A DNA stretch of 64,000 nucleotides from Gordius albopunctatus. Taxonomy: Eukaryota. The position numbers and the translations under genes are program-made. Of this stretch, positions 41,500 to 55,900 are shown in pieces (within the stretch, counting starts at the first letter, position 1; every line of letters begins with the position of its first letter). Under the pieces are notes generated by a model, which saw nothing but the letters and a program-made list of their open reading frames with translations, did not search any database and was not told the DNA's origin. Location of the stretch: assembly GCA_964276515.1 (NCBI GenBank), contig OZ193910.1, forward strand, positions 2,728,001-2,792,000, read 5' to 3'.

Positions 41500-42270
41500 T
41501 CGCGTTGCGTGGGGTTATCGAAGAAGATGAAGACATCTGGGCGTTAGAAAACCAGCATTTATTGTCGTTATTGTAACCCGGATATTCATTCTCCCTTTTT
41601 CCTCGTCCATAAAAACCATATTTTAAATTCCCCTTCTTAAAATCATTGTAATTACCTCATCATTTTTCCTATTACATTAATTATACGATTGGAACGTATT
41701 TTCCCGAATTATTCAGTTTGTTCATATATTTATAAGGAGATAATGTGAGTACACATTGTTTGAAATAAAGTATTTATAATCTGAGTAAATATTGATTAAT
41801 ATTATTTCCCTTTTGATAATTAATCTTTTCACTAACAATTAGTTAAACTTTTTATCGTATCCCTTGATACGAGTATATTTCCCCCGCCCCCTCTTCCCAT
41901 GTTATTTTATACAAAGAAACGCCGCCGCCACACGTCTCTTCCTTTCTAATTAATTTCACTACGTGGTACGTGTGTTACTTTTTCTTCCACCCCCATGTCT
42001 TTTAACATAAAGTTCGTTGACTGTAACATCTGTGTACTGATTATATACATAGTAATGAACCCTACCACTTCAAAGCGGTACTTTTCCTTTACATTTGATT
42101 TTATTTACGCGTATATTATTCCCCCCCCCCCCGACGCGCTTATACGTATTTGTTATTTCTCCCCCCAATATTATTATTGCACGCGTCATTGAATTTGATA
42201 ACGCTATTGGATTCATTATTATAATTTTCCTTCTTGGTTTTATACTTAATAAACTGAATGAAACAGACAT
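41500..42270 (-). pseudogene. Possible degenerate APE endonuclease of a CR1/L2-like LINE
   Basis: Scattered FSLLSIKPR, DVTVNE and TCGGGVSLY motifs on the minus strand, across several frames. Confidence 0.3.
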
Positions 42271-42779
42271 GTAAGGCTTAGTAAAATTAGTTATATCCCT
42301 ACCCCTGATGATTCCCCTTCCTTCAAACTTTTATATTTTAAATCGTATTCCCCCTCTTACGAATACGATACTTTTATATTCAAATAATACTTTTAAATTT
42401 GAATGTATAAATCATACGATGGGCAGATGGTATTTTTAAACACTGCAGAATTAGGCAGAAATATTTAACAAAATATTCAAGAAATTTACTTAAAGTAGTG
42501 AAGAGGGGGGCAAAAAAATTTGAAACAACATAAGGTTTCAAATTTTAGAATATTATCATTTTGCTACACTCCCTCCCAAATGATAAACAATCTTTTTGCC
42601 CCTCCCCCTCTATGAAATGATTTGTAAGGCCCTTAGGAGTCTTTTTTAACTCTTGTTGGACCAGCGATTTGTCATATATGTAGAGAAAATTGAAATATTT
42701 TGGATATAAACAATATAAGGCCATTAGATTAGGGTTTAAGCTTTTGTGCTTAACAAGCCGAACTGCTTTCTTTGCAGTT

Positions 42780-44200
42780 TCGAAGTGTATGAAAGGAAGA
42801 TCGAAAAGGTTGGTGTGCCACCTTCTGTCTTCAAAGTAATGGCTTAGGCTTATTATCTGGCAAAGGAATGAAAGTAGTATTGATCTTTTAGCGTGGAGTC
42901 TATCGAATAAAAAGGAGTTCAAAAAAATTACTGGCCGATAATAGGTTTTTGGTATGAACGTGTTTATATTGCATATACTTTATCGGGAGAGAGAAAGGAT
43001 TTCCCTATCAAATTATACCCGATGAATAACAATCCCCTAACACGCGACTCAATTATAGTAAAAGTTGGGATTAAGAGATAAGTATTCATGGTAGAACAAT
43101 AAATGCCTGGGCTTTTATACTTGGAATATGATATTTAACTTTTAAATGCTAATCTCTTATCTAATCCAACTAGTTTTTTTAATCTAGGTGTGACTTTAAT
43201 GTCAAATTTGCCTCATTTGAGATTGATTAAAAGATCTTCTATGGATGACAGGGAGCATTGGCCTGCCAAAAACCCAACACAGAGAAGAAGCGCGGCTTCT
43301 ACTAAGTGATCATATTGATTTTTAAAACCTCTAATTAATATATTAAATAAAAATATATTATTTTATAGTTATAATTGCTAAATTTACCATATAAATGTTT
43401 AAAATATTAAAATCAAATAAATTTTTATGAATGGATATTGTTTCTGAACCTTATGAATATAGGGCTTTAATTTAAATTAATATTTTAAATTTTAAAAGAA
43501 GCTAGTAGCAGATAATTATTTTCTAGCTAGGTTTAATTAAAAAATTTACATAGCAGGACGACTCAGCGTATGATAAATACGACGCTTTAAAAACTGTAGT
43601 TAATATTGTATTCAAAATATTATCATTGCAAATTTTTAGCAAAAAATTTTAAATTTCAAGTTTTTCCAATGAATTCTATGTTCCAGGTTTTAATGGGTTC
43701 AAACATTAAAATTAATTTTTGTTGATGTATTAATCTTTCTTAATTTAGTAAAGTCAAATTTAAATTGGAAAATGGCTCCCAAACAATTTAAAAAATAAAA
43801 TTAGTCAAATGATAAATTTTAGCATGTAAAATTTCGTTTTATTAGCAGTGTGAGCTTTGTAAGCTTGATGCACCGATGCCACGTAAGAATAAAAAATTTA
43901 GGTGGCCGCATCCTAAATTCTTGTGGGAGCATATATAATAAACAACAGAACAGTAATATCTTAATTGTAGATGCATTTTCCTGGTGGACGGAATTTATAA
44001 AATATTGTACATATCTAGTAGTGTAATACTTGCTATTCTGAAGCAATAGGAATCTATGGATTCCCAGAATTGTTGCGGATACCGGCAAGGCATTTGTTAG
44101 CTTCAAATTAAATATTTTTGTTTTAGGCATAAAAATAACCAGATATTAAGTCCACTGCACCATCCTAGCTCTGAGGACAGGTAAAGAGGTATGTGGTTAT
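42780..44200 (+). pseudogene. Decayed Ty3/gypsy pol (RNase H and integrase) remnants
   Basis: Frameshifted integrase motifs LIVDAFSWWTE (~43960), PRIVADTGKAFVS (~44065) and SPLHHPSS (~44150), plus a WAFIL motif near 43105. Confidence 0.6.
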
Positions 44201-44663
44201 TGAAAAAGATTTTAAAAAGAGAGATATGTTTAAAGTGTTATTATATTTAAATCATTTTATTCCATTGACAAATTATATATAATTTTATTATTTCACTTAC
44301 ACTTTTATGATTTATAATACCAATATTGTATAAAATTGCTGTGTAAACAGGGTAATAATAATTTCTCGTGTTCTAAACACGAGAAATAATGAAAATCCCT
44401 TTTTACACGGGCAGCAAACAAAGATAGAGAGCGGAAAGTGAAAATGGAATAATTATAATAAGGGGAGGGCAAGGTAATAATATTCTCAGGAGAGGGAGAA
44501 ATAAAGGAATATGAGCCCGAAGGAGGTTATAGAAGAACGACAATAACAAAACAATTTTTGTGTGAAACTTTTACATTGAATTTCGCCGTTAATGAAAATA
44601 TTTATGATAAATTTGTATGTGTTAGGTTAAGTGACTAATTGTCGCAGTGCATATTATAATCAA

Positions 44664-47600
44664 ATGGGAAAATTAAATAAGCGCATCAGTAAAAAAAAGG
44701 ATAATGCAACATATCGTGCTTCTTTGTCCGATCAGATATTAAATGAAACGAAAACTAAAGATAGGCAGAGTTTCAAAATCAAATCTGAACGTTTGAAAGT
44801 ATATATTAATTTTTTTATTTTATTTATTTTTAGTATATTGACAGTAAATTATCTTCCAAAATTATTTCCCAAGCCAAGGAGCAATTAAAAGAGTTCACTG
44901 ATTGTACAGAAAGGTAAACTAATTATCAGCTACGTTATGTTAGTAGTGCAAAACCCTGCCCTAATCCGAATTCTGGTAATATCTTAAATGAAGAATTGCA
45001 ATTAGCTATTGAAAAATATGAGGATGGTATCAATGAATCTTCAGAATTATATTATGAAGATACAGTAAGTTCTTTAAAAACAATACTTTTAATATTATAG
45101 TTCTTAAACATTTCTTCAATAACACAATGATCACTTGCCTGACTTGTAATAATTAATATACTTTTATATAAATATTTTAAACTTTTATTTAATACCTTAT
45201 TAATATAAAATGCTTAAATATATTTTTTTATGATATAATTATTTTAATACTTTTTATTATTATAAGATTATATAATGAATGAAGTTAAATTAAAAGTATG
45301 TGTTCATCTTAGAACAATAAATGCTTGGGCTTTTACACTTATAATTAATTTTAAATTAAAAACTCATCTAATCCTTAAATTTTTTCAAACTAGGTGTGGT
45401 TTTAATGCTAAATTTGCCTCATTTGAGATTGATAAAGATCCTATACTTATATATGTGATTATGGCAAAAATCATTTGGACTTGTTATTTTTAAATAGGAA
45501 ATATCAAAGGATGATGAATTAGCATTTGAGAAATTTATGAATTCAGACAATGAGATAAGGCATAGTATGGCAGATCTAATATCAGAACGTTTGACAGAGA
45601 AGAAGACTGAATTAAACAGTCAAATTTTAGGTATTGTAATGCAAATTTAAATGACAAAAATCTTTTTTGTCCTTAAAATAAGTATTTAAATGTATTTTAA
45701 TCTTTAAAATTAGGAGATCTTGAAATAAATCCCATCACAAAATTGGATCCCAAAGTTGTAGAGCTATACAAGGGTGTTGGCAAAATATTATCTCAATATC
45801 GTAGTGGTAAAATGCCAAAAGCCTTTAAAATCATACCAGCCCTAGCTGATTGGGAGTCTATTCTACAACTAACTGCACCCGACAAATGGAGTTCCGCTGC
45901 TATGTACCAAGCAACCAGACTTTTTGCTTCAAATTTAAAAGCTAACTTAGCTCAAAGGTAATGCTCTAGCCTAAGCCTAATCTTATTTGCCATATTTAAT
46001 CTACCAGCTGCCTAATGTGTTTTGTACAAATTACTTTTTAATCATTGAAATATATGTGGTCAGTGTTTTAGTACTACATCCTAGTCCAAACAAAATCCAA
46101 GACCAAAGGGGTTTTAGTCAAACCTTTAGTCTGTTTGTGTTTAGTCAATTAAAACCAAAGGTCAATCAAACAAAACCCAATCGTTTTTACAAATCCTAGC
46201 ATTAAACCTTTTATAAATGTCCATTTTAATTGTTTAAAATGCGCAATCAATTTTGTTATTAATTTAGGGATAAGGATTTTTTTGCAAACTTTATAATCAT
46301 ATTGCTTCCCCAGTCTGTGTAAATTTCCTTAAACGTTGATTTTTAAGGTTACAATACCAAAAAGTACCATTTTAAATTATAATTCTTATATTAACTTTGC
46401 CCAACCTTCATGCTTCTTCTATATATAAGTCTAATTATTTAATTTGTTTTCAAAGCCTTCTATATTTTTTCAATCAAATATAATGTTTGGCCTAAATAAT
46501 TTCATTTTTTTTATTTGTTAGATTTTACAACAAAATCTTGTTACCCAGGGTGCGTGATGATATAGCAGAGTTCAAAAAACTCAATTTTCACCTTTATCAA
46601 GTATTCTTCTGTTTAAAATACTATTTCCACCATTTTCTCTTGATATGCAGTTCTTTAAAAATTTGCTAATATCGTTTTTAAGATGTTAGGTTAAATAACC
46701 CATTTTGTTGTTCATTTGAATTTTAATTGCTCTATATCATCAAATTTAATCTACGGTTTGTGTTTATACCATATTGTATAGGTTGTTTTTTGACATAATC
46801 ATCCTATGCTCCTATTATAATTAATTTTGCTTACTTTTTTAGGGGATATTAATGTTTAAAATATAATTTATTGAACGTGCTCGCAATTTTCCTCTATCTA
46901 ATATGTTTCAAAATCACATTTTATTAACTAATACTTTAATAACATCATTCATATATCTATTATTTGTGTTATCAACGAGATCATCATTGTATTTTCATAA
47001 AATATATAATAATAAACTTCACGACGATCCAATAATAATAACAATTATTAAGCTTAACTTAAAATCAATTTTCATTCAATAAGGCCCTGTACAAATCCAT
47101 GTTTAAACCGGCCGCCTTTTTCAAAGGCATCCTCATTCCCCTGTTAGAGCCACAACCCATGCCCTGTACCCTGCGAGAAGCTTTTATCGTGGCCGGGGTC
47201 ATACACAAAAACTCTTTGCCCCTCTTGCACTCGTGTGCCGCCATCTTGAAATTATTGGAATTGGCGGAAGGATCTACATACTCCGGTCCCATCAGTATAT
47301 TCCTACGCGTATTGCTGAGCAAAAACTACGCCCTACCTACCCGGGTTATGGACACTCTAATTTCTTATTTTACTGGGTAGGTAAATTACTTAGCATTGTA
47401 ATTTTTTACTTGGAATTTAGATAACACCCAGCAATATCTTTTTAGCTATGACTATAAATCTTTGCCCTTTGAAATTCATATCTTTTAATTAAAATATATA
47501 ATTTTAATCGCAACTTATGTGATTTACGACGGTTTAGACTGTTCCCCAATAAAAAATTATAAAATTATAAAAAAAAATTAATTACAAAAAACTAAACTTT

Positions 47601-47933
47601 TGCCTTTACTCTAGGGTGAGATTGTAAATTTATCAATTACTTTAATATAAGACTGTACATATTTAATGATATTAAAATTTGCAATATAGATTTGCTAGCT
47701 GTAAAGAGACATTGCCCGTTCTTTGGCACCAAAGTACTTTGGCTTTTGTGCAAAATTACAAATTGCAAATGAGTGTCGAGGCGAAGGAAAGTTTAAAGGA
47801 ATTAATTAAGAGGCAGGCTCACGAAAAAATGAGCCCCGTTATTTTGGAAGAATTGAATAGTACGGAATTATCGGATAAAAAGAATTTTGACACGCTCGAA
47901 CAAGACTTACAACAAGACGTTATTATGGAATAA
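44664..47933 (+). CDS. BYSL: Bystin (Enp1), 8 exons
   Basis: Exons 44664-44798, 44834-44913 ([11 protein letters not shown]), 44944-45064, 45498-45630, 45714-45957 ([27 protein letters not shown]), 46522-46600 ([17 protein letters not shown]), 47084-47376 ([15 protein letters not shown]), 47690-47933 (LPVLWHQ). Confidence 0.96.
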
Positions 47934-49908
47934 AAAATTATTTTTTGTTAAATATATTTTACGAAATAATATGTTATCGCGTCTATCTTGGTATCCCTGC
48001 TTCCGAGTTGTGTGAGAATAAGTCTCATTTCTAAAATGGCGCTTGTTTGATTTGATAAGTATTCATGGTGGAATGTGTTTCCTAAGCCATATTTATATTC
48101 ATGGGCGTAGCCAGGGTGGGCAGGGAGGGAGAGCTGCTCCCCTCTAAATCCAAAAATTTGTTGAAATTTATTAAAATTATGGCCAAAATTTCAAAAAATG
48201 ATGATTTTTATCCCTTCCTAAATCATTATTGCCCCCCCCCCTCTGATTCCAATGCTAGCTACGCCCATATTAAGTTTTATTAACAAAGTGTCACCAATCA
48301 ATAAAAAAACATTTAGTTACAAAACCTAAATTTTTATATTTTGCAATGCTTGTTTCCTATGGAATTCATATAATTTTCGGGGTAAGATTTTTAAAATTCT
48401 TCTTATATTTAGAAATTGATAAAATATTTTATATCCTTTGTATAAATAACCTTTAAAATTATAAAATTTGCGCAAAGCAGTAATTTAAAAGTTGCCTTTT
48501 AGTTTTACAAGTTTAGGAGTGTCTTTTTTATTTTGGGTCAATCAGAGCGCTACTAGAGAATCACCCAAAACGCATATGTGAAAATCAAAAAATATTTTGG
48601 ATCGTTAATATTTTGTTATGTTCCTAGGGTTTAACATATTTGTCAAGGAAAAATTGGATATTTAGTTATCTCAGAAGGGGGAAGGGTTGAATTGAATTTT
48701 TATTTGGGTTTGGTAAAATTGTTTTTCGGGTTTATAAGCAAGCGCACATGGCGAAAAATTAAAATTCAATGGGAATTTGCTTCAACCTCACTTATTCTAA
48801 AAATGATGTACGTAATTTTGTTTTTCCTTAAGATTTATTTGCGCAAAACGTGGCCAAGCAGAAGTGTTTATAAAGAAAATCACGAGCTTAAAAATGTTAT
48901 TCGTAGTTGCTAGATACCCTAGGACTTTTAAGAAAACCAAGTCTTAACCACTTTCATTCGTGACAAAAGGCATCGAGTAAATATTTGATATTGGAATGGT
49001 ATGATCGTTGATGGTCGAAATCAAGCTGACTTTTAAGCGTAGCGTACTATATGTGCACTAATTCTCCCATGTACCTGAGGTTGTAGACTTTTGCATAGAT
49101 CGACCTATATTTCTTACAACAATTCGAAAATATCCCATTTCTGTTTTAGAGCCTAATATATTTGGGCAAAGTTAGAGTCATCCTATCAAGTGTACGCAGC
49201 TGATTAAATGTGGTGTCAACTACAGACCGACGATTGAAACATTTATTTTTAAAGAAAATTAAAAAATCTTGAATCGCCTCCAATCGATATGGCGAGATAG
49301 TGGTATTAATATTCATTATAATCACCGAATGCCTACCCACTTTAATCTCTAATTTAGGGATCCTCCCGCGGCCACTAATAATAAGTTAGTTATGTGATTA
49401 GGATTAGACACCCCTGTAGCAAAATGTTGAGGGAACTGAGTGGTAGAGAAGTCGGAATAAATATTATCAATGCGCGATTCCACACAAAAAATATAATAGT
49501 GACATTATCAAGGCTGAATAGGGGCTACGCTAGCCGCTTTTTGGTTAATATTTTTTATTTTTCCTTAATCAAAGGGCGGATTTAAGCGTTCAAACTATTA
49601 TAACTGTTAGAGCTCGGCTTTAAAGACTGGTCATTTCTTATTTCAAGGATGAGATAGAATGTCGTTATTTCTCGATAAATTAGAGAGACACTACCATCAA
49701 ATGGGGAGGGGTCGATTTGGAAGGAGATGTGTTTTATGGATATTTATAATAAAATGGCGGTTATAAGAGTTTTATTTCTTAAAAGTGACACTTGTGGAAA
49801 ACATTATTAGAAATTAATCAATGTGTAATAACAAATGATTTTTCGCTTGTGGCTATTTGACAATTACTTATTTCTTAAAAATCAGACTCTTACATACATT
49901 CACACGAT

Positions 49909-52900
49909 ATGATAGAGGATCCTATACCAAAACGCGATGAATATACCAAAGACAGAGATTATAATCATCATCGGAGAAGGGATGATAGAGAAAAACGAAT
50001 TAGAAAAGACGAGAAACCTAGGGATTATAAAGACAGAGACGATAAGCATAAAAGTTCTAGGAAAGAGGAGGAACCTAGGGATTATAAAGACAGAGACGAT
50101 AAGCATAGAAGTTCTAGGAAAGAGTATAAGCATAATGACAATGTCAGAAACAAGCCTGTAATTGAACAAGTTGATACGCCAGAAGCTTTAATTGATAAAG
50201 TTTTGTCTAATAAATCTTCAATCTATATTCCTCCTTCAAAATTGAAACTGTTGCAAGATAAAATCAAAGATAAGACCACGTAAGTCATACCTATAACAAA
50301 ACTTACATTTTAATGTTTTAATTAGATCCTAACATTTCTAATAAATTTGTAGAATGTTTTATTTTTTAAAATATTTAAATTCTTAATTTGTTCAATAAAT
50401 TTTTTTAATATTATGATTAATTTTATTAAAATCTAAACAAAAATTTACCAGGACTGCTTATCAGAGACTGAATTGGTTATCGCTTAAGAAGAAATTTAAT
50501 GGTTTAATTAACAAAGCAAACATTTCAAATGTGACTGAAGTTGCACTAGAAATATTACAATACAATGTCATAAGGGGCAGAGGCTTGATTGCTCAAGCAC
50601 TACTCAAAGCACAAACCTTATCTCCTATATTTACCAATGTGTATGCTGCTTTGGTAGCTATAATAAACTCAAAGGTAATGATATGATTAATATAAAGCTG
50701 TATTAAGTTTATTTTAGCCTAATTGGATTTCTATTCTTGCATCAATATTTAAATTTATTTTAAAGTTTAGTTGATTAGCTTTTTGTTAATATTTTACATT
50801 GTACTACTACTAATATATTTACATACTTATTGCTATTTTGTTTTTTTCATAGTTTCCACAAATTGGAGAACTTATCCTAAAACGATTGATTCTGCAATTT
50901 AGAAAATCTTACAGACGTAATGACAAAGCAACATGTTTGGCCACAACAAAATTTATTGCTCACTTAATCAACCAACGAGTGGTAAAAATATATACAAATA
51001 TACTTGATTAAAATAGTATCTAATTTTGCCTTTTGAATAACCTACTAACATTTAGACAAAGACTACGTATAGATGACTGCTCATGCCATATGTTGCATAT
51101 GGTTAAATATGTGTCTCAAATTTTCCTCCATTTTGACCAGGGCAACTGCTGTATTTTAATTTACCCTCCTCACTGGTTTATAAATTAAAACGAACATCAA
51201 TAAATTGATATTATACAAAATGGCAATTAATATTGATGGCGCTATATTATTTTAAACAAACTTTAATCACATTTTTTACATTTTTATGTGTTTTTTAAAT
51301 GATATTTATTTCAAAATGCTGTTTTTGATATCTACCCAATTCAATTTTTTTTTATTTACCTTTTTAAGATATATTAAATTTGCGAAAGTTACAAATTTCT
51401 ATATGATCACCACTTTACAGTGTGCCTCTCAAGATGGGGGAAAAAGGGGTACACACTTTAGGCGTTGATAAGCAGCCTATCTACTAGTCTATGCATTTAG
51501 ACTAAGAAACTCTTTAAATAATAATTTTAGTATGATAATTTTTTACTCTCAAAGAAACACCCATAGTGGATGTTGATGGGCGTAGTTGGGGGGGGGGGGC
51601 ATGAAGGGGTGGCTGCTCCCTTCTAAATCCAAAAATTTGTTGAAATTATTATAAATTCTCATTTTGGCCCTCCTTAAATCATTATTCCCCCCTCAAATCC
51701 CAATGCTGGCTACACCCATGATGATGATGATTGTTACCTCAATAAGTAAATAATATTTATCATATATAATAACTGTGATGTTTATTTCAATTCAGTTAAT
51801 TTATTGATTTTAAAAATTGGTAGGAATTATTGAAAAAAACTTGTTTTAAACTGGAATAATGCTAGAACTCTTACAATGACGTAGGCACAGGATTCAAATT
51901 AGAGGAGGGCAAAAAGATAATTTCTTATTTTAACCAAATTATTACATCAAATTTTTGAATTTTTTGATTGAAAAAGGGGCAGCTCCCTCCTCCTGGCTAC
52001 GTTCATTCTCTTTGAAATTTGATAAATATGGCTATAATGTTATGCCAGAACATCAAACAAAAATGCATTATCCTATATTTTTAGTTTTTTTTACATTTTG
52101 CCTCAAAAGATAATTTTTAATAATATTAAAGCGCTGTGTGTTTATTTTCAAAACCCGACAGAAAAATAAACATTTAGGGTATTACAATTTGAAAAAATAA
52201 TCGTTTGAACCTGTTATCATTTTTTATATGTTGCCTCTTTAAAAGGAAATTATGAAATTATTACTGGGCAACTAATTTTGAAATAAATTTCTACTAGATT
52301 ACCTCCTTATTTATGCAATAATTGGAAATATATTTTATTACGTCGTTGTATGAGGCACACGAGATATTACCGCTGCAAATTTTGACCTTACTCATGGAAC
52401 ACCCCACCGACGATTCGATCGAAATTGTGATTGGGTTTTTGAAGGAGTGTGGAGCCAAAATTAAGGAAATCTCCCCGAAAGGCCTTATATGTAAGATATA
52501 TCCCATTTCTATTTTTATGTCATCTTCATATGAAATGTAATTCTTCTTCTTCTTTATCAGTTATTTGGTCCCACATTGGTGGGGTTTGTTTTGATGAGTC
52601 TCTTCCATCTTGACCGGGTTAGTGCCGCCATGTCTTGAGGAATCTCTTTAGTTTCCATAACTTATTAAATCATCAATTCAATCATTAATTAACTTGTATT
52701 GGATTTAGACCTAAATTGCATTTATTATCACGTTGACAATGTTGGGAAAAAAATGCTACTCATCTAAGATTTAATTTACTCTGAGTATGTACTAGGTACT
52801 ATGATTATCTTTAATTCATATATCTCGCTACTCGTATAAGTGAAAATAGGAGTCACAGTTAGTTTCAGGCCTACATTTTTAGCTGGGCATGTTTTAATCT

Positions 52901-55900
52901 CTTAATTTCATTTAATATAGACTTTTGATCGGAAGAGGCTTGGGAAAAATGTGTAACTCAGGATTTTTATTCTAACTAATGTTATTAATTATAATATTTA
53001 CTAATAAATATTTCTAAATTTTTTCATTATTGTGGATGTACAGTTATTTTTGACCAAATTCGCAACATACTTCACGAATGCACCGTCTCCCAGAGAACCC
53101 TAACCATGATGGATGTCCTCTTTCAAATCTACAAGGATGGCTTCAAAGTTAGTTTTCCAAATTTTTGTTGTTGTTATGTTTATGATTTAAATATATTAAT
53201 CTCAAACCAAGTTATAAACGACCAAAATGCGAATGAAAATAGATTAAACATTTTGATATAATCACGAATCATTAAATGTACGCTTAAATCTAAATAATTG
53301 CTCATGTTATATTTAAGGTTATTTAAGTATAAAAAGGCGAATCTTTTCGAGACCTTTTTAGGCTATAAAATGTAAACCTTACACGGACGGCCTGAGTACG
53401 CCCTGATCCTAGAATATTTGGCTGTGCTTGTACAATCATTATTGATAAAATCACAATTATTCTGAAATATCATTATAAATAGTTCAAATAGAATGTAACT
53501 CGTGACCTTATATATAAGTGTTTAATAAAAAGTATTTAATCGCTAAATTACATCATAATTCGATTAATGCATCGCAAGATTTATGGAATTCGTTATCCTT
53601 TTCTCGCATACTTATTATTCCTGCTTTAAATGACCTGTTAATAGCCGCAAACTCTGTGATATTAAATGAAATTAATTAAAAAGCGATTTTTCAGGGCTTT
53701 ACATTATTTCCGTGACGTATATAGGATTACCCGGTGATAATTGAAGAGCTGGATGTTATAAAGGAAGAAGATCAATTCACCCATTTGATAACGCTCGAAG
53801 AAGAGATTGACCCAGAAGATATCTTGAGTATAATCTTGTTTTCGTAGATTCTTAAAATCTTTTTATTACTGTATTCCTCGTCGAGCTATATATATCTATA
53901 ATATAATTTACTTTGAGCCACATTCACTTAAATGATTTATATTATCTTTTGGTACAGTTTTTTAGTTGTTATTTTATCATTTGTAGCATTGGTTGTTAAA
54001 TGGTTGCATCATTCGGGTTTATCTATTGATTAGCAGACGTTGTTTTTGAATAAATGAATTAGATTTTAAAGTATGATCAGATTTGGTTAGAAGCTTTTCC
54101 CATTTCCATCCTTAGTGTGACATTAAAATATATTTTTTTAAAAGAAATCTTACCGTTTTATATAGGTTTATTAAGTAGCTATTTTCATGGCTTTTAGTAA
54201 ACACTAAATAAATTTGCATATAATTTCTGTCAATCTATAACTTTAAGCCTTTGTGATCACTTTATTTACAATATTTTAGGGAATTCAATAAGTTAAACTA
54301 TTTTTCCCCAAAACACAGACGTCTTCAAATTTGACCCAACTTTTGAGGCGATTGAATCGAAATACGAAGAAATTAAGGCTGAAATTTTGCCCAATTCTGA
54401 CGATGAATCCAGCTCTGAAGAAGAAGAGGAGGACGAAGATGAAAATGGAACTGGTAAATTATTTAAATTAATAACATTCATCCTGAAGTAATTTTGTGGC
54501 TATATTTATCATTTATTCTGTTGGAAATCCAGTTTAAGAATATATATATATATCTTACTCAAATATGGAACTTGAATTTACGATCGGTTATTTTTTTATT
54601 GCCTTATAATTATTATACATATTACAGAATTATTAAGTTTAAATGTCTTACCTCTTTTAATTTTTTGAAATATACTTTTGTAAATTAGTCAAATATAAAT
54701 GCAATCCATCATTTTATCGTCTGCTTTTTCTCCAGACAAAAGCGCCCCCCGCGTTAAAGTTTAAGCACACATATTTACAATATATTGAAATAGATAGCAT
54801 TTTAATTTTTTGATCTGCGCAATTACATAGTGATGATAGATTTCTCAACCCTACATCTAGTTTGTAAAAACGCCTCAGTTCTGTTTGGTCTACTTTTGGT
54901 TTTAGTCGACATACATAGACGAATAAAACCATCTAGACTACCGAACAGCTTATTTTTGTATTAAAATCATTCATACACCATTATAGCTGCCATCTTGTTG
55001 GAAAAACTCAACCACAGGTATTATATTTATGCCTCGCCACCATATAATATTTAAGAAAATAAATAGGACTATTAGCTTCACTTATAAATTGTAGGGAAAA
55101 AATAAGTAAAATAAAACAATGAATTTTGTTGACTTCTACTGTTTGCTTACAATTTCCCACAAAATGGCGGTTTCTATACCCGTTGAAAGATTATCAGCTG
55201 TTCGGCAGTCTATGGATGTCAACATAGACAGACCGAAGGTTTGACCAAAAACATTTGTTCTCTTTATGTTCATCCGATTTAAACCAAAGTTCTACGAAAC
55301 AAGGCCCAGCCATTTTTACAACACTACCAATATCTATATATATATGTGCGCATCTAATATAATGACCGCCATCTTAAACATAGCTACCTAATTTTTTAGT
55401 GATCAACAATAATTCTCTTTTTTATGATTATTAATAAGCATCACAGGCTAGATAGAGTGCTCACCGACGCACAAAATGTGTACCCCCTTGATTCTGATCA
55501 TATAGAAATTAGTAATTTTCCCAAATTGCAAATTAAATAATCATAAAAGGGTAAATGGAAAAATATTGAATTGGGTAGATATCAAAAACAGCATTTTACA
55601 ATAAATATCATTTACGCAATACATAAAAATTATGAGTGTAAAAACTGCGATTAAGGTTTGTTTAATAATATAGCGCCATCAATATTTTGTATAATATTAA
55701 TTTATTGACGTTCTTCTTGTTTTATAAACTAGTGAGGAAGGTAAATTGGCCTGGTATAGGGCAAAATTACATGGGGTTGAAATGCACCAGTTGCACTCTT
55801 CAAAATGGAGGAAAATTTGACACACAATTAACCATAAATGCAACACATGGGATGAGCAGTCTATCTCTAGTCTATGTTAATAACTTATTTTAACCGTTTT

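Noticed and set aside
42300..42330. Hammerhead core CTGATGA
   Set aside because: No correctly placed GAAA or supporting stems.
46601..47083. U12-type intron in bystin (donor GTATTCTT, CTTAAC near the acceptor)
   Set aside because: The donor mismatches GTATCCTT, the branch site lacks TCC, and GTAT- donors are common here, so it is more likely a weak U2 intron.
48700..49700. Coding-like stretch between BYSL and CWC22
   Set aside because: Stops in all frames and no recognisable motif.
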